Positions 20,758 through 30,546 of a stretch of 64,000 nucleotides of DNA are shown here, in pieces. Position numbers and translations under genes: made by a program. Numbering within the stretch: the first letter of the stretch is position 1; every line of letters begins with the position of its first letter. Origin of the DNA: Candidatus Heimdallarchaeota archaeon (GTDB lineage: Archaea > Asgardarchaeota > Heimdallarchaeia > Hodarchaeales > Hodarchaeaceae). The notes under the pieces were generated by a model. The model saw nothing but the letters and a program-made list of their open reading frames with translations. It was not told the origin of the DNA and did no database searches. The DNA lies in contig CP070695.1 in NCBI GenBank assembly GCA_020353515.1, positions 1,674,050 through 1,738,049 of the forward strand, given 5' to 3'.

Positions 20758-21492
20758 TTATTTGGGCAACTTTAAAGCCTTTAAGAAATCGTTGACCCAT
20801 TCAGTGAATGTGACCGTTTCTTTTAGAATACGATTAACAGTAATCTCATATTCTTCTGCTGCTGTTTCAGTTGGTATGATTAAAAAGGAGTCCTTATTTT
20901 CTATGGCTTGTAATCTCACCATAGGCTTGTCTACTTTAGAAGCATCATCTGCAGTCGCTAATTCGAGTTCTAGAAGAAATAAGAAATCCTTTGCTTTTAC
21001 ATCTTTAAACCCATATTTCTCCATATATTGTTCTGGTGATAAATCAAGAATTATACGACTCCATTCTGTTATCCAGTATTCATCCGTGAACCAATATTCT
21101 AAAAATTCTTTTTGACGGGCACGAATTTCACTCAAAACAACCATATAGCGAATCATTCCCTCTCTGACTCTCTTCATCAAATTAAGCCCAGGATAATCAT
21201 AAAGCTCATTTAGTTTTGCCCTTTCTTCGCTTAAAAGAACCATAATTTTAACAATTTCTTCTAATTCGTGTTCTGTATCAATGGGGACATAATTCGAGAC
21301 TTTTTCTAACCACTTAATTGTGTTGGACACTTCTTGTTCACTTACTTCTTTTCCCTTTGCTGCTTCTAATGTTCGTTGAACTATACTTTTATTACGAATA
21401 AGAAGCTCCTGTTCTTTTGTTGGTTTTTTTCCACGTCTTCCTAGTATTTTCTCAATATTGACAGTTATAAAGCGATCTTTTTGAAATTCCAC
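20758..21492 (-). CDS. Hypothetical charged helical protein
   Basis: 244-aa ORF with GGGTGA upstream; no motif recognised. Confidence 0.75.
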   Translation of the reverse strand: MEFQKDRFITVNIEKILGRRGKKPTKEQELLIRNKSIVQRTLEAAKGKEVSEQEVSNTIKWLEKVSNYVPIDTEHELEEIVKIMVLLSEERAKLNELYDYPGLNLMKRVREGMIRYMVVLSEIRARQKEFLEYWFTDEYWITEWSRIILDLSPEQYMEKYGFKDVKAKDFLFLLELELATADDASKVDKPMVRLQAIENKDSFLIIPTETAAEEYEITVNRILKETVTFTEWVNDFLKALKLPK

Positions 21493-21705
21493 TTTTCAAT
21501 TCACCCTATCTATTAATGTAAGTTTGAAGGTATACCAAATTAAGTAATTTTATAGTTTTTACTGTTTTACTCATTTGTTACGAATCTGCATAAAATATTT
21601 TTTATAGATGCTGGGTTCAATGGAAAATTCTAATAACAGTAACAAAAAGATATGACCATCTATTATTGCTTAATAGATTATCTGCATGAGAGTTGAAAGA
21701 TTAAC

Positions 21706-22653
21706 ATGACCCGAGTCATAGCAATAACTGGGGCAGCAGGGTATCTTGGTCAGCACTTAATTCAGTATTTAAATCGAGTATGCTCTGATATCGAGCTTTT
21801 TGTCGCGATAGATATACAAAAAATAGCATACTTCCCTGAAATTCCTCTTATCTCCTATAAAATTGATGTTAGAGACAACTTTTTTTCAGTTCTTGAAGAC
21901 CATGGAGTTACAGATCTGATTCATATGGCATGGATCCTTAATCCAATTCATAATGTGAAGAAAGCATACAAGATAGACGTCGAGGGGACAAAAAATGTAT
22001 TGAAAGAAGGGAGTAAAGCAAATGTCGATTATTTTCTTCACACATCCTCAACATTGGCGTATGGTGCTCATCCAGATAATCCCTATCCATTATCAGAGTC
22101 GGATCCGCTCAGAGGAAACCAAAAATTCCATTATTCGCACCATAAAGTCTTAGCAGAACAAGTTGTTGATGAATTTAGGACAAAAAACAACAATAATATG
22201 AAAATTGGTAAGATTCGACCCTCTGCTATATTATCCTATGACAGCGAGAATTTTGTTGCGAACATCCTTAGAGGAGGATGGCGGACATTCTTTTTAATGC
22301 CTTATCCAAATGAAGATACTCCAATTCAGTTTCTTCATTTGAAGGATGCGCTTGAAGGCTTTAGGTTCATGTTGGATCAAAGGTTAGAGGGAGTATATAA
22401 TGTATGTCCAAATACAGATGTATTGGTCGGTCAAATTCCAAGAATCTTAAACGGACGTGGAGTAAAGGTTCCCTTACGTTTATTAAAGGGACTTCTCTGG
22501 ATTCAATGGAAACTCCGTCTCTCACAAGCCCCTCCAGCTTATTTAGACTTTGTGGCTTATCCATTTGTGGCATCAAACCAAAAAGTAAAAAATCTGGGAT
22601 ATTCGCCAAAATATTCAACTGAAGAGGTTCTTCTATCCTTTAAAGGAAAATAA
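21706..22653 (+). CDS. NAD-dependent epimerase/dehydratase (extended SDR)
   Basis: TGAAGYLG, HTSS, YSHHK (YxxxK). Confidence 0.9.
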   Translation: MTRVIAITGAAGYLGQHLIQYLNRVCSDIELFVAIDIQKIAYFPEIPLISYKIDVRDNFFSVLEDHGVTDLIHMAWILNPIHNVKKAYKIDVEGTKNVLKEGSKANVDYFLHTSSTLAYGAHPDNPYPLSESDPLRGNQKFHYSHHKVLAEQVVDEFRTKNNNNMKIGKIRPSAILSYDSENFVANILRGGWRTFFLMPYPNEDTPIQFLHLKDALEGFRFMLDQRLEGVYNVCPNTDVLVGQIPRILNGRGVKVPLRLLKGLLWIQWKLRLSQAPPAYLDFVAYPFVASNQKVKNLGYSPKYSTEEVLLSFKGK

Positions 22654-22670
22654 ATGCATCGAAAGGAAAT

Positions 22671-23444
22671 TTATTCCAGTCCTTGAAAAAAATGAATTGT
22701 ACGAGAAAATAACTCTCCCTTGTACAAATCTTCATTCATAATTGGATGTGAGGCTCCTTCTACATACCATAATTTCTTTGTTGAAGACTTAATGGAATCA
22801 TAAATTATCTTCGCACTTTTGTATGACACTGCTTCATCAGCTGTGCCTTGGATAATGAAAGCAGGGCACGTTACCTTGTGTAGTGATTTTTTTACTTGCT
22901 TCAATCCTTCTAAAATTACCAACCCTAGTGATGTTGGAATCCAGTCATATCCTATCCAACCCTTTGCTTTTAGCTCAACTGGTGCAGGACTAGTATATTT
23001 TTCAGGGATAACCTTTTTAATTAATGGATCCTTGTTAATTATCGGTAAAAAGGATAATAAACGGTTTTTCACACTTATTGCAGCCGCCCAAGTCGTAATT
23101 GCAGTAACCTCCTTTTGTTCCGAAGCCAATAGCAAAGTTAAGATTCCTCCCATGGAATGACCAACAACGAAGATATTAACACAATTTTGGTGGAGTTGTT
23201 TGAATCCTTCTCGGGCATCGGTCATCCAGTCAGTAAATGACACGTCAAAAAGATCTTCTGGCCGTGTCCCGAACCCTTTTAACGCGGGAAGTAGTATAGT
23301 AGCTCCCGTTTCGGAATGAAGAAGGTGTGCGAATTCTTTCAGGTCCCATGTTGTGCCTCCGCCAGCACCGTGTAATAATAAATATCCAGTGTTTGATCCC
23401 TCTATAAAAAGAGGTTCAGCTCCGTCCAAATATTGTGCTGACAC
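22671..23444 (-). CDS. Carboxylesterase/monoacylglycerol lipase-type alpha/beta hydrolase
   Basis: LLHG, GHSMGG nucleophile elbow, QGTADE, ASH. Confidence 0.9.
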   Translation of the reverse strand: MSAQYLDGAEPLFIEGSNTGYLLLHGAGGGTTWDLKEFAHLLHSETGATILLPALKGFGTRPEDLFDVSFTDWMTDAREGFKQLHQNCVNIFVVGHSMGGILTLLLASEQKEVTAITTWAAAISVKNRLLSFLPIINKDPLIKKVIPEKYTSPAPVELKAKGWIGYDWIPTSLGLVILEGLKQVKKSLHKVTCPAFIIQGTADEAVSYKSAKIIYDSIKSSTKKLWYVEGASHPIMNEDLYKGELFSRTIHFFQGLE

Positions 23445-23464
23445 GTTTTAACCAACTCAGTCAG

Positions 23465-24319
23465 TTATTGTATCTTTTCTAAAATCCAATCTCCAACAGG
23501 TTGATGCCTATGAATTGCTGGGTAAATCTTAATCGCGTGTTTTGCTGATTCTATGAAATCTGGAATTGCTTTGATGACTTTTTTAATTGCAGAAGTGAAA
23601 GGATAGACCATATGATCACACGGAAATTCTTTTTGAGAGAAATTTTGAAGGGTTTTATATTCAAATTCTTCAAAAAGGGCACTATTCCGAGGTACAACCT
23701 TATCATAAGTACCAACAGCATTTAACCACAATAAGTTCGGATTTAATGGAGGCAGAGTGTTTAAGGATTGTAATAAATGACTAGTGTGAGTTAATTGAAA
23801 GAAACCAAGTCCTAAATCAGCTGCTAGAGGTTTATGATCCTCTGAAAGGAACTTTCTGAGAACATTCACAGTTTCTTCAATTCGTGAAATATCACCAGCC
23901 TCCACACCATGATTAGGAACAGTAAGTAAGGCAATTGCTCTAATCATTGATTCAATTTGTTTGAGAGGATATGGATGATCTACGTATGGACTCGTAAAAT
24001 ATCGAGAGATGATTCCCCCCATAGAATGAGAAATAATTAACACTGTCTCCCCTCGTTTTTTGTAGATGAAATCAACAGCTGTTAGGACATCTTCATGAGC
24101 TAAGGTTTTAATATTACCAGTAACAGCATTGCTCAAATTTAGAGTCCAACAGTCCATCTGCAGCGTCTTGTAATAATTGCCAAGCGAATCATCATAAGCA
24201 AACCAAACCTGGGCATTAGATCCAAACCCATGAATAAATAAAACAGGGGAACCTTTAGAATCAGGTGTTTTACGGTGAAGTTTGGCTAAACCTTGCTGTG
24301 TTTCAATTTCATAAATCAC
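23465..24319 (-). CDS. Alpha/beta hydrolase (lipase/PGAP1-like)
   Basis: FIHGFG, SHSMGG, PNHG, YDKVV, DH. Confidence 0.88.
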   Translation of the reverse strand: MIYEIETQQGLAKLHRKTPDSKGSPVLFIHGFGSNAQVWFAYDDSLGNYYKTLQMDCWTLNLSNAVTGNIKTLAHEDVLTAVDFIYKKRGETVLIISHSMGGIISRYFTSPYVDHPYPLKQIESMIRAIALLTVPNHGVEAGDISRIEETVNVLRKFLSEDHKPLAADLGLGFFQLTHTSHLLQSLNTLPPLNPNLLWLNAVGTYDKVVPRNSALFEEFEYKTLQNFSQKEFPCDHMVYPFTSAIKKVIKAIPDFIESAKHAIKIYPAIHRHQPVGDWILEKIQ

Positions 24320-24489
24320 TTGGGAAATTGTAATAATGAATCCCTCGATGCTTTGTTATTCATATATATGACATAATATCAATGAGTTTCAATATAAATT
24401 TTGCTCATGAATGATCATATACTGGGCAATGATAATGTTTTTAGTATTCTAAAAAGAAAATACGGTTTTTTAGAATTGTAGATAGGATT

Positions 24490-24654
24490 TTATCCAGATT
24501 GGGCTAAAAATTTCATGGTTTTTCGTGAAATAATAAACTCAGAGTGGCAAGTAGTGCATTTAAAAAGATTTGGAAGAGGTCCTACTTCAACTTTATGCAT
24601 AATACCATTTTCACAATCAGGACAGGCTATTACATCAGGAAACAAGTATATCAT
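24490..24654 (-). CDS. 54-aa zinc-ribbon microprotein (not in ORF track)
   Basis: MIYLFPDVIACPDCENGIMHKVEVGPLPNLFKCTTCHSEFIISRKTMKFLAQSG*; two CxxC knuckles. Confidence 0.7.
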   Translation of the reverse strand: MIYLFPDVIACPDCENGIMHKVEVGPLPNLFKCTTCHSEFIISRKTMKFLAQSG

Positions 24655-24726
24655 GTTATTCTTTGTTTAACCCATATATTAATATTCTGATATAAGCAAA
24701 AGTTCAAACAGATAGTGGAATTGAGA

Positions 24727-25392
24727 TCAAGTAGACCTCTTAAGAAGTATTTTGACAAGACGTAAAGGTTCAGGTAATTTATACACAATAAATGGCAAGA
24801 CTATATCGACAGCAGTTTGTAAGGATATTTTATGTCCCACTGAGAGGAATATTCCCTGTTTATTTGTAATTTTTTTAATGAAATAGGCAATAAGGTAGTC
24901 TTCATCAAATACTGGGAAAAAATCAAAATTAGGTTCCCCAAGATCGTGAGGTTGAGAAAAATCAGTGATACCATATAAGGAGCTTTTAGTGATCCCAATT
25001 GTAGGAATATCAAGGTCCACTCCGAGTTCACATGCAAGGCCATAATGTCTGGGATGTTGCTTTCCAGCTCCCTCAACCATTAGAACGTCGAAATTACTAA
25101 ATTTCCTAATAATTTGAAGAAGGGGTTGTTTGTTTCGTAAGCTTAGGAATGAACTAATATAGGGAGAGGAGGTCGTAGTTAATTTTCCTACTTGAGAGTC
25201 AAGCTGTGATCTTGATTTGAGATCGAAAAGAATCCCTCCTGCTCTTATCTTTTGTTGTATTTGGAGAACACTGACAGCTAATAACGTTTCGGGGTTTTTT
25301 ACGTAATCTTTCTCCTTAACAAGAGATGCTCGCTTGATTTGAAGAAGCTTCAACTGCTCAAGAGTAGGGTGTTGCATTCCAAAACCTCCCAC
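24727..25392 (-). CDS. nfi: Endonuclease V family protein, catalytic residues apparently lost
   Basis: PYI..FLSLR, G.G..HPR..GLA..LG...DIPTIG..KS, SVGHKISL.TA, PEPLRL. Confidence 0.85.
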   Translation of the reverse strand: MGGFGMQHPTLEQLKLLQIKRASLVKEKDYVKNPETLLAVSVLQIQQKIRAGGILFDLKSRSQLDSQVGKLTTTSSPYISSFLSLRNKQPLLQIIRKFSNFDVLMVEGAGKQHPRHYGLACELGVDLDIPTIGITKSSLYGITDFSQPHDLGEPNFDFFPVFDEDYLIAYFIKKITNKQGIFLSVGHKISLQTAVDIVLPFIVYKLPEPLRLVKILLKRST

Positions 25393-25515
25393 ATCTTTGG
25401 CACGAATACCTACCTTACCTAATAATTGTAATGACTTCTATTAGGATCTATGGATTAATAAAGCTTCGGAGGCCAGAAACAAAAATGAGAAAGAAAAAAG
25501 GGGAAAGGAAGGAGC

Positions 25516-25731
25516 TTACCATGAACAGTGATCTAAGATGGCGTCGTTAGGGCAAACACCGTCGCACGCGGCGCATTCTGAGCAATCACCGATATTTGGA
25601 ACAGTAACCTTCCCATCTACTATTTCATAAACATCCTCGGGACAGACGTCTACACATTCGCCTGCTCCGGTACACAAATCGAGGTCTATATCGACCCAAA
25701 GATCTCCATCTTCAAAACGTGTTTTTGCCAT
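25516..25731 (-). CDS. Dicluster ferredoxin
   Basis: CTGAGECVDVCP and CSECAACDGVCP. Confidence 0.93.
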   Translation of the reverse strand: MAKTRFEDGDLWVDIDLDLCTGAGECVDVCPEDVYEIVDGKVTVPNIGDCSECAACDGVCPNDAILDHCSW

Positions 25732-25914
25732 TTCTTATATCTCCAATAGTCTTTATAAGATATTAAATGGATTTATCAGGACTAAAAACTGGCTAAAAAC
25801 CATACAATAAATAACTTTTCTTCTTGAGAGAGAAGTAAGTTATTAAGGTGAAAATGTTTAATTTAGTAATTCATTCTTTAAAAGGGGTTTAAGTTAAAGA
25901 AAAGATTAATTAAC

Positions 25915-26130
25915 TTACCATGAACAATGATTTAAAATTGCGTCGTTGGGACAAACCCCATCACACGCGGCACATTCTATACACGTCCCAATGTTCTCTG
26001 CGTTAGCTTTCCCTTCTATAATCTCATAACAATCTTCAGGACAGACGTCAACACATTCCCCCTCTGCTGTACATAAGTCGAGATCTATCTCAACCCATAA
26101 ATCACCATCAATATACTTCTCTGCTACCAT
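25915..26130 (-). CDS. Dicluster ferredoxin (tandem paralogue)
   Basis: CTAEGECVDVCP and CIECAACDGVCP. Confidence 0.93.
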   Translation of the reverse strand: MVAEKYIDGDLWVEIDLDLCTAEGECVDVCPEDCYEIIEGKANAENIGTCIECAACDGVCPNDAILNHCSW

Positions 26131-26365
26131 ATCAATTCCTACTTTGTGTTTTAAGATGTTTCGTGGATTTTTAGGGCGAATTTCTCTTCCTCTGCCTTAT
26201 AATATAAGCTTTTCTTCAGGAATTTCTTAACCTGAAAATATTTTTAGTTATTTAACTCTGAATATTAAGTTGGACTAGATTATTTTTTTAAATACACTTT
26301 AAATTGAAAACTAATTTAACTCAAATTTCAGAATGAATCGCAAAGGTTTAGAATGAGGAAAAAAA

Positions 26366-28231
26366 ATGACAGCTTCTCATCTTGACGATTTTAAACAATA
26401 TTTAGCAATTGAAACGGCGGGTGGACCTACTTGGCACCCCAATAATCAAGAAATCGCATTCGTGTATGATAATCCAGGCTTGATGCAAATCTTTACAGTT
26501 CCAATACAGTCTGAACACACATTCTGGCCTAAGAGAATGATATATAACGAGAATCGTTGTACTGATCCTCGATATTTACAGGATGGGACAATTGTCTTTT
26601 TAAAGGATAATAAAGGGGACGAAAATTTCCAAATAGGATTCATTACCCGAGATCTCGATGTTGAATGGATTACGAATGATCTCTCTGCGAAACACTTGGT
26701 AACACTAACTACTACTAATTCGATCTATTATTCCGCTAATATTACAGATAAAAAAATTTTTTCTATTTATCGCCATAGGATTCCTCTTCAAACTAATAAT
26801 CCTGAACGAATATACCAACCTGATGAAGGGTTAGTTAAAGCGGAGGTAGTTTCACCTGATGAGAAATTCCTTGTTTTTGCAAGGATTCATGGGAATAATT
26901 ATCAAGAATTGTATCTCTTAGAAATAGAAACGGGGAAAATTGATCCACTATCACGGAAAATTTCTGGTGATTTTAAAACGAGGTGGACCGCCGTTCGATG
27001 GCTTGATCAAAACCATATATTAGTTCTTACCGATCATGAAAGTGAATTTCAAAGAATTGCGATAATTTCTTTTGATGGGAAATTTCATACTATCAACGAG
27101 ATAGAGACGAATTTACAATATGAATCCCCATCTAACACCTTCACATTTTGCGAAAATTCACCTTATACCTATTTCAGTTTTAATCAGGATGGGTATAGTA
27201 TTATTGTGCGAGCGATTTTCGATTCAAATGGTTGTTCAAAATATGAAACACTAGGATTACCACATAAGGCAGTTCTTGTAACTGCTGATGAAAGGACGTT
27301 TAAACAGGGATTAAGTCTTTCACCCGATGGGAACCTTTTGGCACTCACTCTTAGTTCTCCAACCTCGCCAATAAATATCTGGATTTTAGATTTACAATCT
27401 AGAAAACTCTGGAAAGCAACTGATGCAAGTACTGTAGGTTTAAATCCTAATAATTTTGTTGACACATCATTGAGAATCTTTTCAAGCTTTGATAGGTTGG
27501 AAGTTCCCTATTTTCGTTACTTACCCAAGGGAAAAGTCCCCAATGACAGATGGCCAGCGATTATCATCATTCATGGAGGCCCTGAAGCTCAAATTCGCCC
27601 CAATTTTTCGCCAGTAATACAATATTTTCTATCTGCTGGTTTTGCAGTAGTAACACCGAACATTCGTGGGAGTACTGGATACGGTCGTACATATCTTGAT
27701 CTTGATAATATAGAGAAGCGATTGGACTCGATTCGGGATATTCAATACTTAGTGAACGATATTCATGAAAATGATTCTCTTATCGATTCTAATCGTCTTG
27801 CTATCTTTGGTGGTAGTTATGGTGGTTTCGCAGTTTTATCAGTAATGACTGAATATCCTTCACTATGGAAAGCTGGTGTCGATATATTTGGTATAGCAAA
27901 TTTTGTGACTTTTCTTCAAAACACTGCCCCATGGAGACGAAAACTTCGAGAAATTGAATATGGGAGTCTTGATGGTGATATGGACACGTTAAATCGAATT
28001 AGTCCTATTCATAAAGTAGATCAAATAACAGCTCCATTATTTATTATTGCAGGTGACAATGATGAACGTGTACCTTTATCTGAATCGATTCAAATGTATG
28101 AAAGTTTGAAAGAGAGAGGTTTATCCGTTAAACTGCTACGCTTTGCTGATGAGGGTCATGGGATAACTAAATTGAAGAATAAAATTCAGGCATATTCAGA
28201 AATCATTTCATGGTTAAAAGAGCATGTTTGA
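26366..28231 (+). CDS. S9 family (acylaminoacyl/prolyl oligo)peptidase
   Basis: Beta-propeller N-terminus; HGGP, RGSTGYG, GGSYGG, NDERVP, DEGHG. Confidence 0.95.
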   Translation: MTASHLDDFKQYLAIETAGGPTWHPNNQEIAFVYDNPGLMQIFTVPIQSEHTFWPKRMIYNENRCTDPRYLQDGTIVFLKDNKGDENFQIGFITRDLDVEWITNDLSAKHLVTLTTTNSIYYSANITDKKIFSIYRHRIPLQTNNPERIYQPDEGLVKAEVVSPDEKFLVFARIHGNNYQELYLLEIETGKIDPLSRKISGDFKTRWTAVRWLDQNHILVLTDHESEFQRIAIISFDGKFHTINEIETNLQYESPSNTFTFCENSPYTYFSFNQDGYSIIVRAIFDSNGCSKYETLGLPHKAVLVTADERTFKQGLSLSPDGNLLALTLSSPTSPINIWILDLQSRKLWKATDASTVGLNPNNFVDTSLRIFSSFDRLEVPYFRYLPKGKVPNDRWPAIIIIHGGPEAQIRPNFSPVIQYFLSAGFAVVTPNIRGSTGYGRTYLDLDNIEKRLDSIRDIQYLVNDIHENDSLIDSNRLAIFGGSYGGFAVLSVMTEYPSLWKAGVDIFGIANFVTFLQNTAPWRRKLREIEYGSLDGDMDTLNRISPIHKVDQITAPLFIIAGDNDERVPLSESIQMYESLKERGLSVKLLRFADEGHGITKLKNKIQAYSEIISWLKEHV

Positions 28232-28350
28232 GGATATTATTTTATAACTTCACACAAGAGATAGAATAAAAGAGGTGATTATATTTTATCTTGGATTAGT
28301 CCTTATGTTAAATTTCTTGAAAAAAGGAAGAAATAACGAATTATTTTTCG

Positions 28351-29808
28351 GTGATTAGGATTTTAATCAGTGCTTGGATCGTTACTGGTTGTTTTCTGGC
28401 ATTAATTATCCTCATAATGACAGAGAAGGTGAATCGTGCCATTTTGGCTATTTCAGGGGCTTTAATTACTTATTTTGTCCTAACATTCATTGAACAAAGA
28501 GATTTTTCCTTAATTGTGGATCTCCTGTTTGGAACACAAGATGAAGACTATGTCAACCTCCATTCCTTATTGTTAATTGTTGGAATCATGTTTATTGTTC
28601 ATATTTCTGATGAAATCGGAACATTTCAGTTTCTAGCTGTGATTGCGATCAAGATGAGTAAGGGAAGACCAATCTCCTTAATGATTATACTGTGTATTGT
28701 TTCAGCTGTTTTTTCATCAATTCTAAACAACATTCTAACAGTCATGATTTTAATCCCACTTACTATCACCATATCACGAGTATTAAACGTGTCACCTACT
28801 CCCTATATATTAACACAAGCGATCATGGTGAATATTGGAGGCACTTTTTTTCCGATTTCTTCGATTCCCAACATTTTAATTACCCAAGAAGTTGGTATTT
28901 CATTCTTAGATTACTTCTTGGAAATAGGTATTTTTTCAATTGTTACATTTGCTTTTACAATCTTATTGTTTGTGTTTTTTTATAAGAATGAATTGTCGAT
29001 TCCAAAAGACAAAGCAATCAATATCCTTCTATATGATTTTGATATTTGGAATGTTGTACAAAGTCGTCGTCTTTTGTTAGCATCCTTAGCTGCTTTAATT
29101 GTTTTAATGATTTCATTTTTTATGATACCCGGAAATCTTCTCCCTCCTGATGCAATCGCTTTGAGTATAGCAATGGCACTAACAATTTTTAGTCGCTTAG
29201 ACGCAAGAGAGATTATCAGAAAGTTTGATTTTGAATTAATTTTTTATCTCCTAGGTGTATTTGTCATTGTTGGAGGATTGGAGGTTGTGGAGGTATTAAC
29301 GTTTATTGAAAGCTTGCTTCAAAATTTTGGAGCTGGGGATGAATTTTTACAGTTAATCTTGATCATGTGGATTGCAGCTTTTTCTAGTGCTTTAATTGAT
29401 AATGTACCAATTACTAAAGCTTTTATTCCAATAGTGATGGGAATTTCTGGCAGTAATCCTTCCTTGACAAAGAGATATTTTTTCGGTCTTGCCATTGGTG
29501 CGAACTGGGGAGATAATTTGACACCATTAGGAGACAATATTCTTGTTTTAAATATTGCAAGAGAAAATAATCGTCCAATCAGCATCTTGACTTTTTGGAA
29601 ACTCGGATTAGTAGCTACACTATACCAACTACTTATAGCAACCCTTTATTTCACTTTACTATACCATTTTATTCCAGGATTAGCGTTTATTATTATAATT
29701 GGTTTATTAATAGCATTAATATTCATGTTACAGAAAGTAGGACCTTTTAAAATCCAGACAGCCATTAGTAAAACAATCTTTCAATTTAAACACTTCATAT
29801 TAACTTGA
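28351..29808 (+). CDS. ArsB/NhaD/P-protein (CitMHS-like) ion transporter
   Basis: LNNILTV, NIGG...SIPNILI, SALIDNVP, GANWGDNLTPLG; ~12-13 TM. Confidence 0.88.
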   Translation: MIRILISAWIVTGCFLALIILIMTEKVNRAILAISGALITYFVLTFIEQRDFSLIVDLLFGTQDEDYVNLHSLLLIVGIMFIVHISDEIGTFQFLAVIAIKMSKGRPISLMIILCIVSAVFSSILNNILTVMILIPLTITISRVLNVSPTPYILTQAIMVNIGGTFFPISSIPNILITQEVGISFLDYFLEIGIFSIVTFAFTILLFVFFYKNELSIPKDKAINILLYDFDIWNVVQSRRLLLASLAALIVLMISFFMIPGNLLPPDAIALSIAMALTIFSRLDAREIIRKFDFELIFYLLGVFVIVGGLEVVEVLTFIESLLQNFGAGDEFLQLILIMWIAAFSSALIDNVPITKAFIPIVMGISGSNPSLTKRYFFGLAIGANWGDNLTPLGDNILVLNIARENNRPISILTFWKLGLVATLYQLLIATLYFTLLYHFIPGLAFIIIIGLLIALIFMLQKVGPFKIQTAISKTIFQFKHFILT

Positions 29809-30443
29809 AGGGAAGAGTAATGATTGAAGAAACTATAGAACGTATTAAAAATAAATTACCTGAAGTAGAACAAATTATCATGTTCTATAATGATGGGACA
29901 GTATTTCATTCGACATTTGAGAAGATTAATATTCCCAAATTAGGAGAAAATATATCTGAAACGTTAGCTAACATGCGGAGAATATATGAAATCTGTAATT
30001 ACACCTTGGAGGATTATACAAGGCTTGTTTTTGATACAGACGGTATTAATGTAGTTATTCTAAAACTTGGAGAGAACAGTAATGTAGCCCTCTTTTTTAG
30101 GAAGATACGAAGAAAAGGAGAGTTAAGAATTCATACTATACGACGTTACTTGGCGAAGGTGGAGGATCTTCTAGACATTGATCAGGATGAATTGGTTCTT
30201 CAAGAATTGGAAACCAAAGAAGATGAGCTAGATGAATTAAAATTACAGATGGGCTCCCAACAATACAAGTTAATAACGCTGCAAGACTATCGAAATGAGA
30301 CCATAGAAGAGGAAAAGAAAAAAGAGATATCTAAAGAGATCGATAAAGTGGAAAAAGAAATTTTGAGAGTTAAGGAGAAAATCGACAAAAAAATTACCGA
30401 AATAAACGATTTAAAGGAAGAGCTGGAACCCGAAGATCCTTAA
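29805..30443 (+). CDS. Roadblock/longin-like domain plus C-terminal coiled coil (probable start ATG 29820)
   Basis: Helix, IIMFYNDGTVFHST, helix, beta-hairpins (profilin/roadblock-like topology), then an E/K-rich heptad tail. Confidence 0.7.
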   Translation: MKGRVMIEETIERIKNKLPEVEQIIMFYNDGTVFHSTFEKINIPKLGENISETLANMRRIYEICNYTLEDYTRLVFDTDGINVVILKLGENSNVALFFRKIRRKGELRIHTIRRYLAKVEDLLDIDQDELVLQELETKEDELDELKLQMGSQQYKLITLQDYRNETIEEEKKKEISKEIDKVEKEILRVKEKIDKKITEINDLKEELEPEDP

Positions 30444-30546
30444 AGAAGTTTACAGAGGGAAGAAGATGACAAAGTTAAATTGTTGATCACGGTTAGCGCT
30501 CTAGGTATGTTAATTCGAAAACAAAAGAATCATTGAGCCTACTTCC

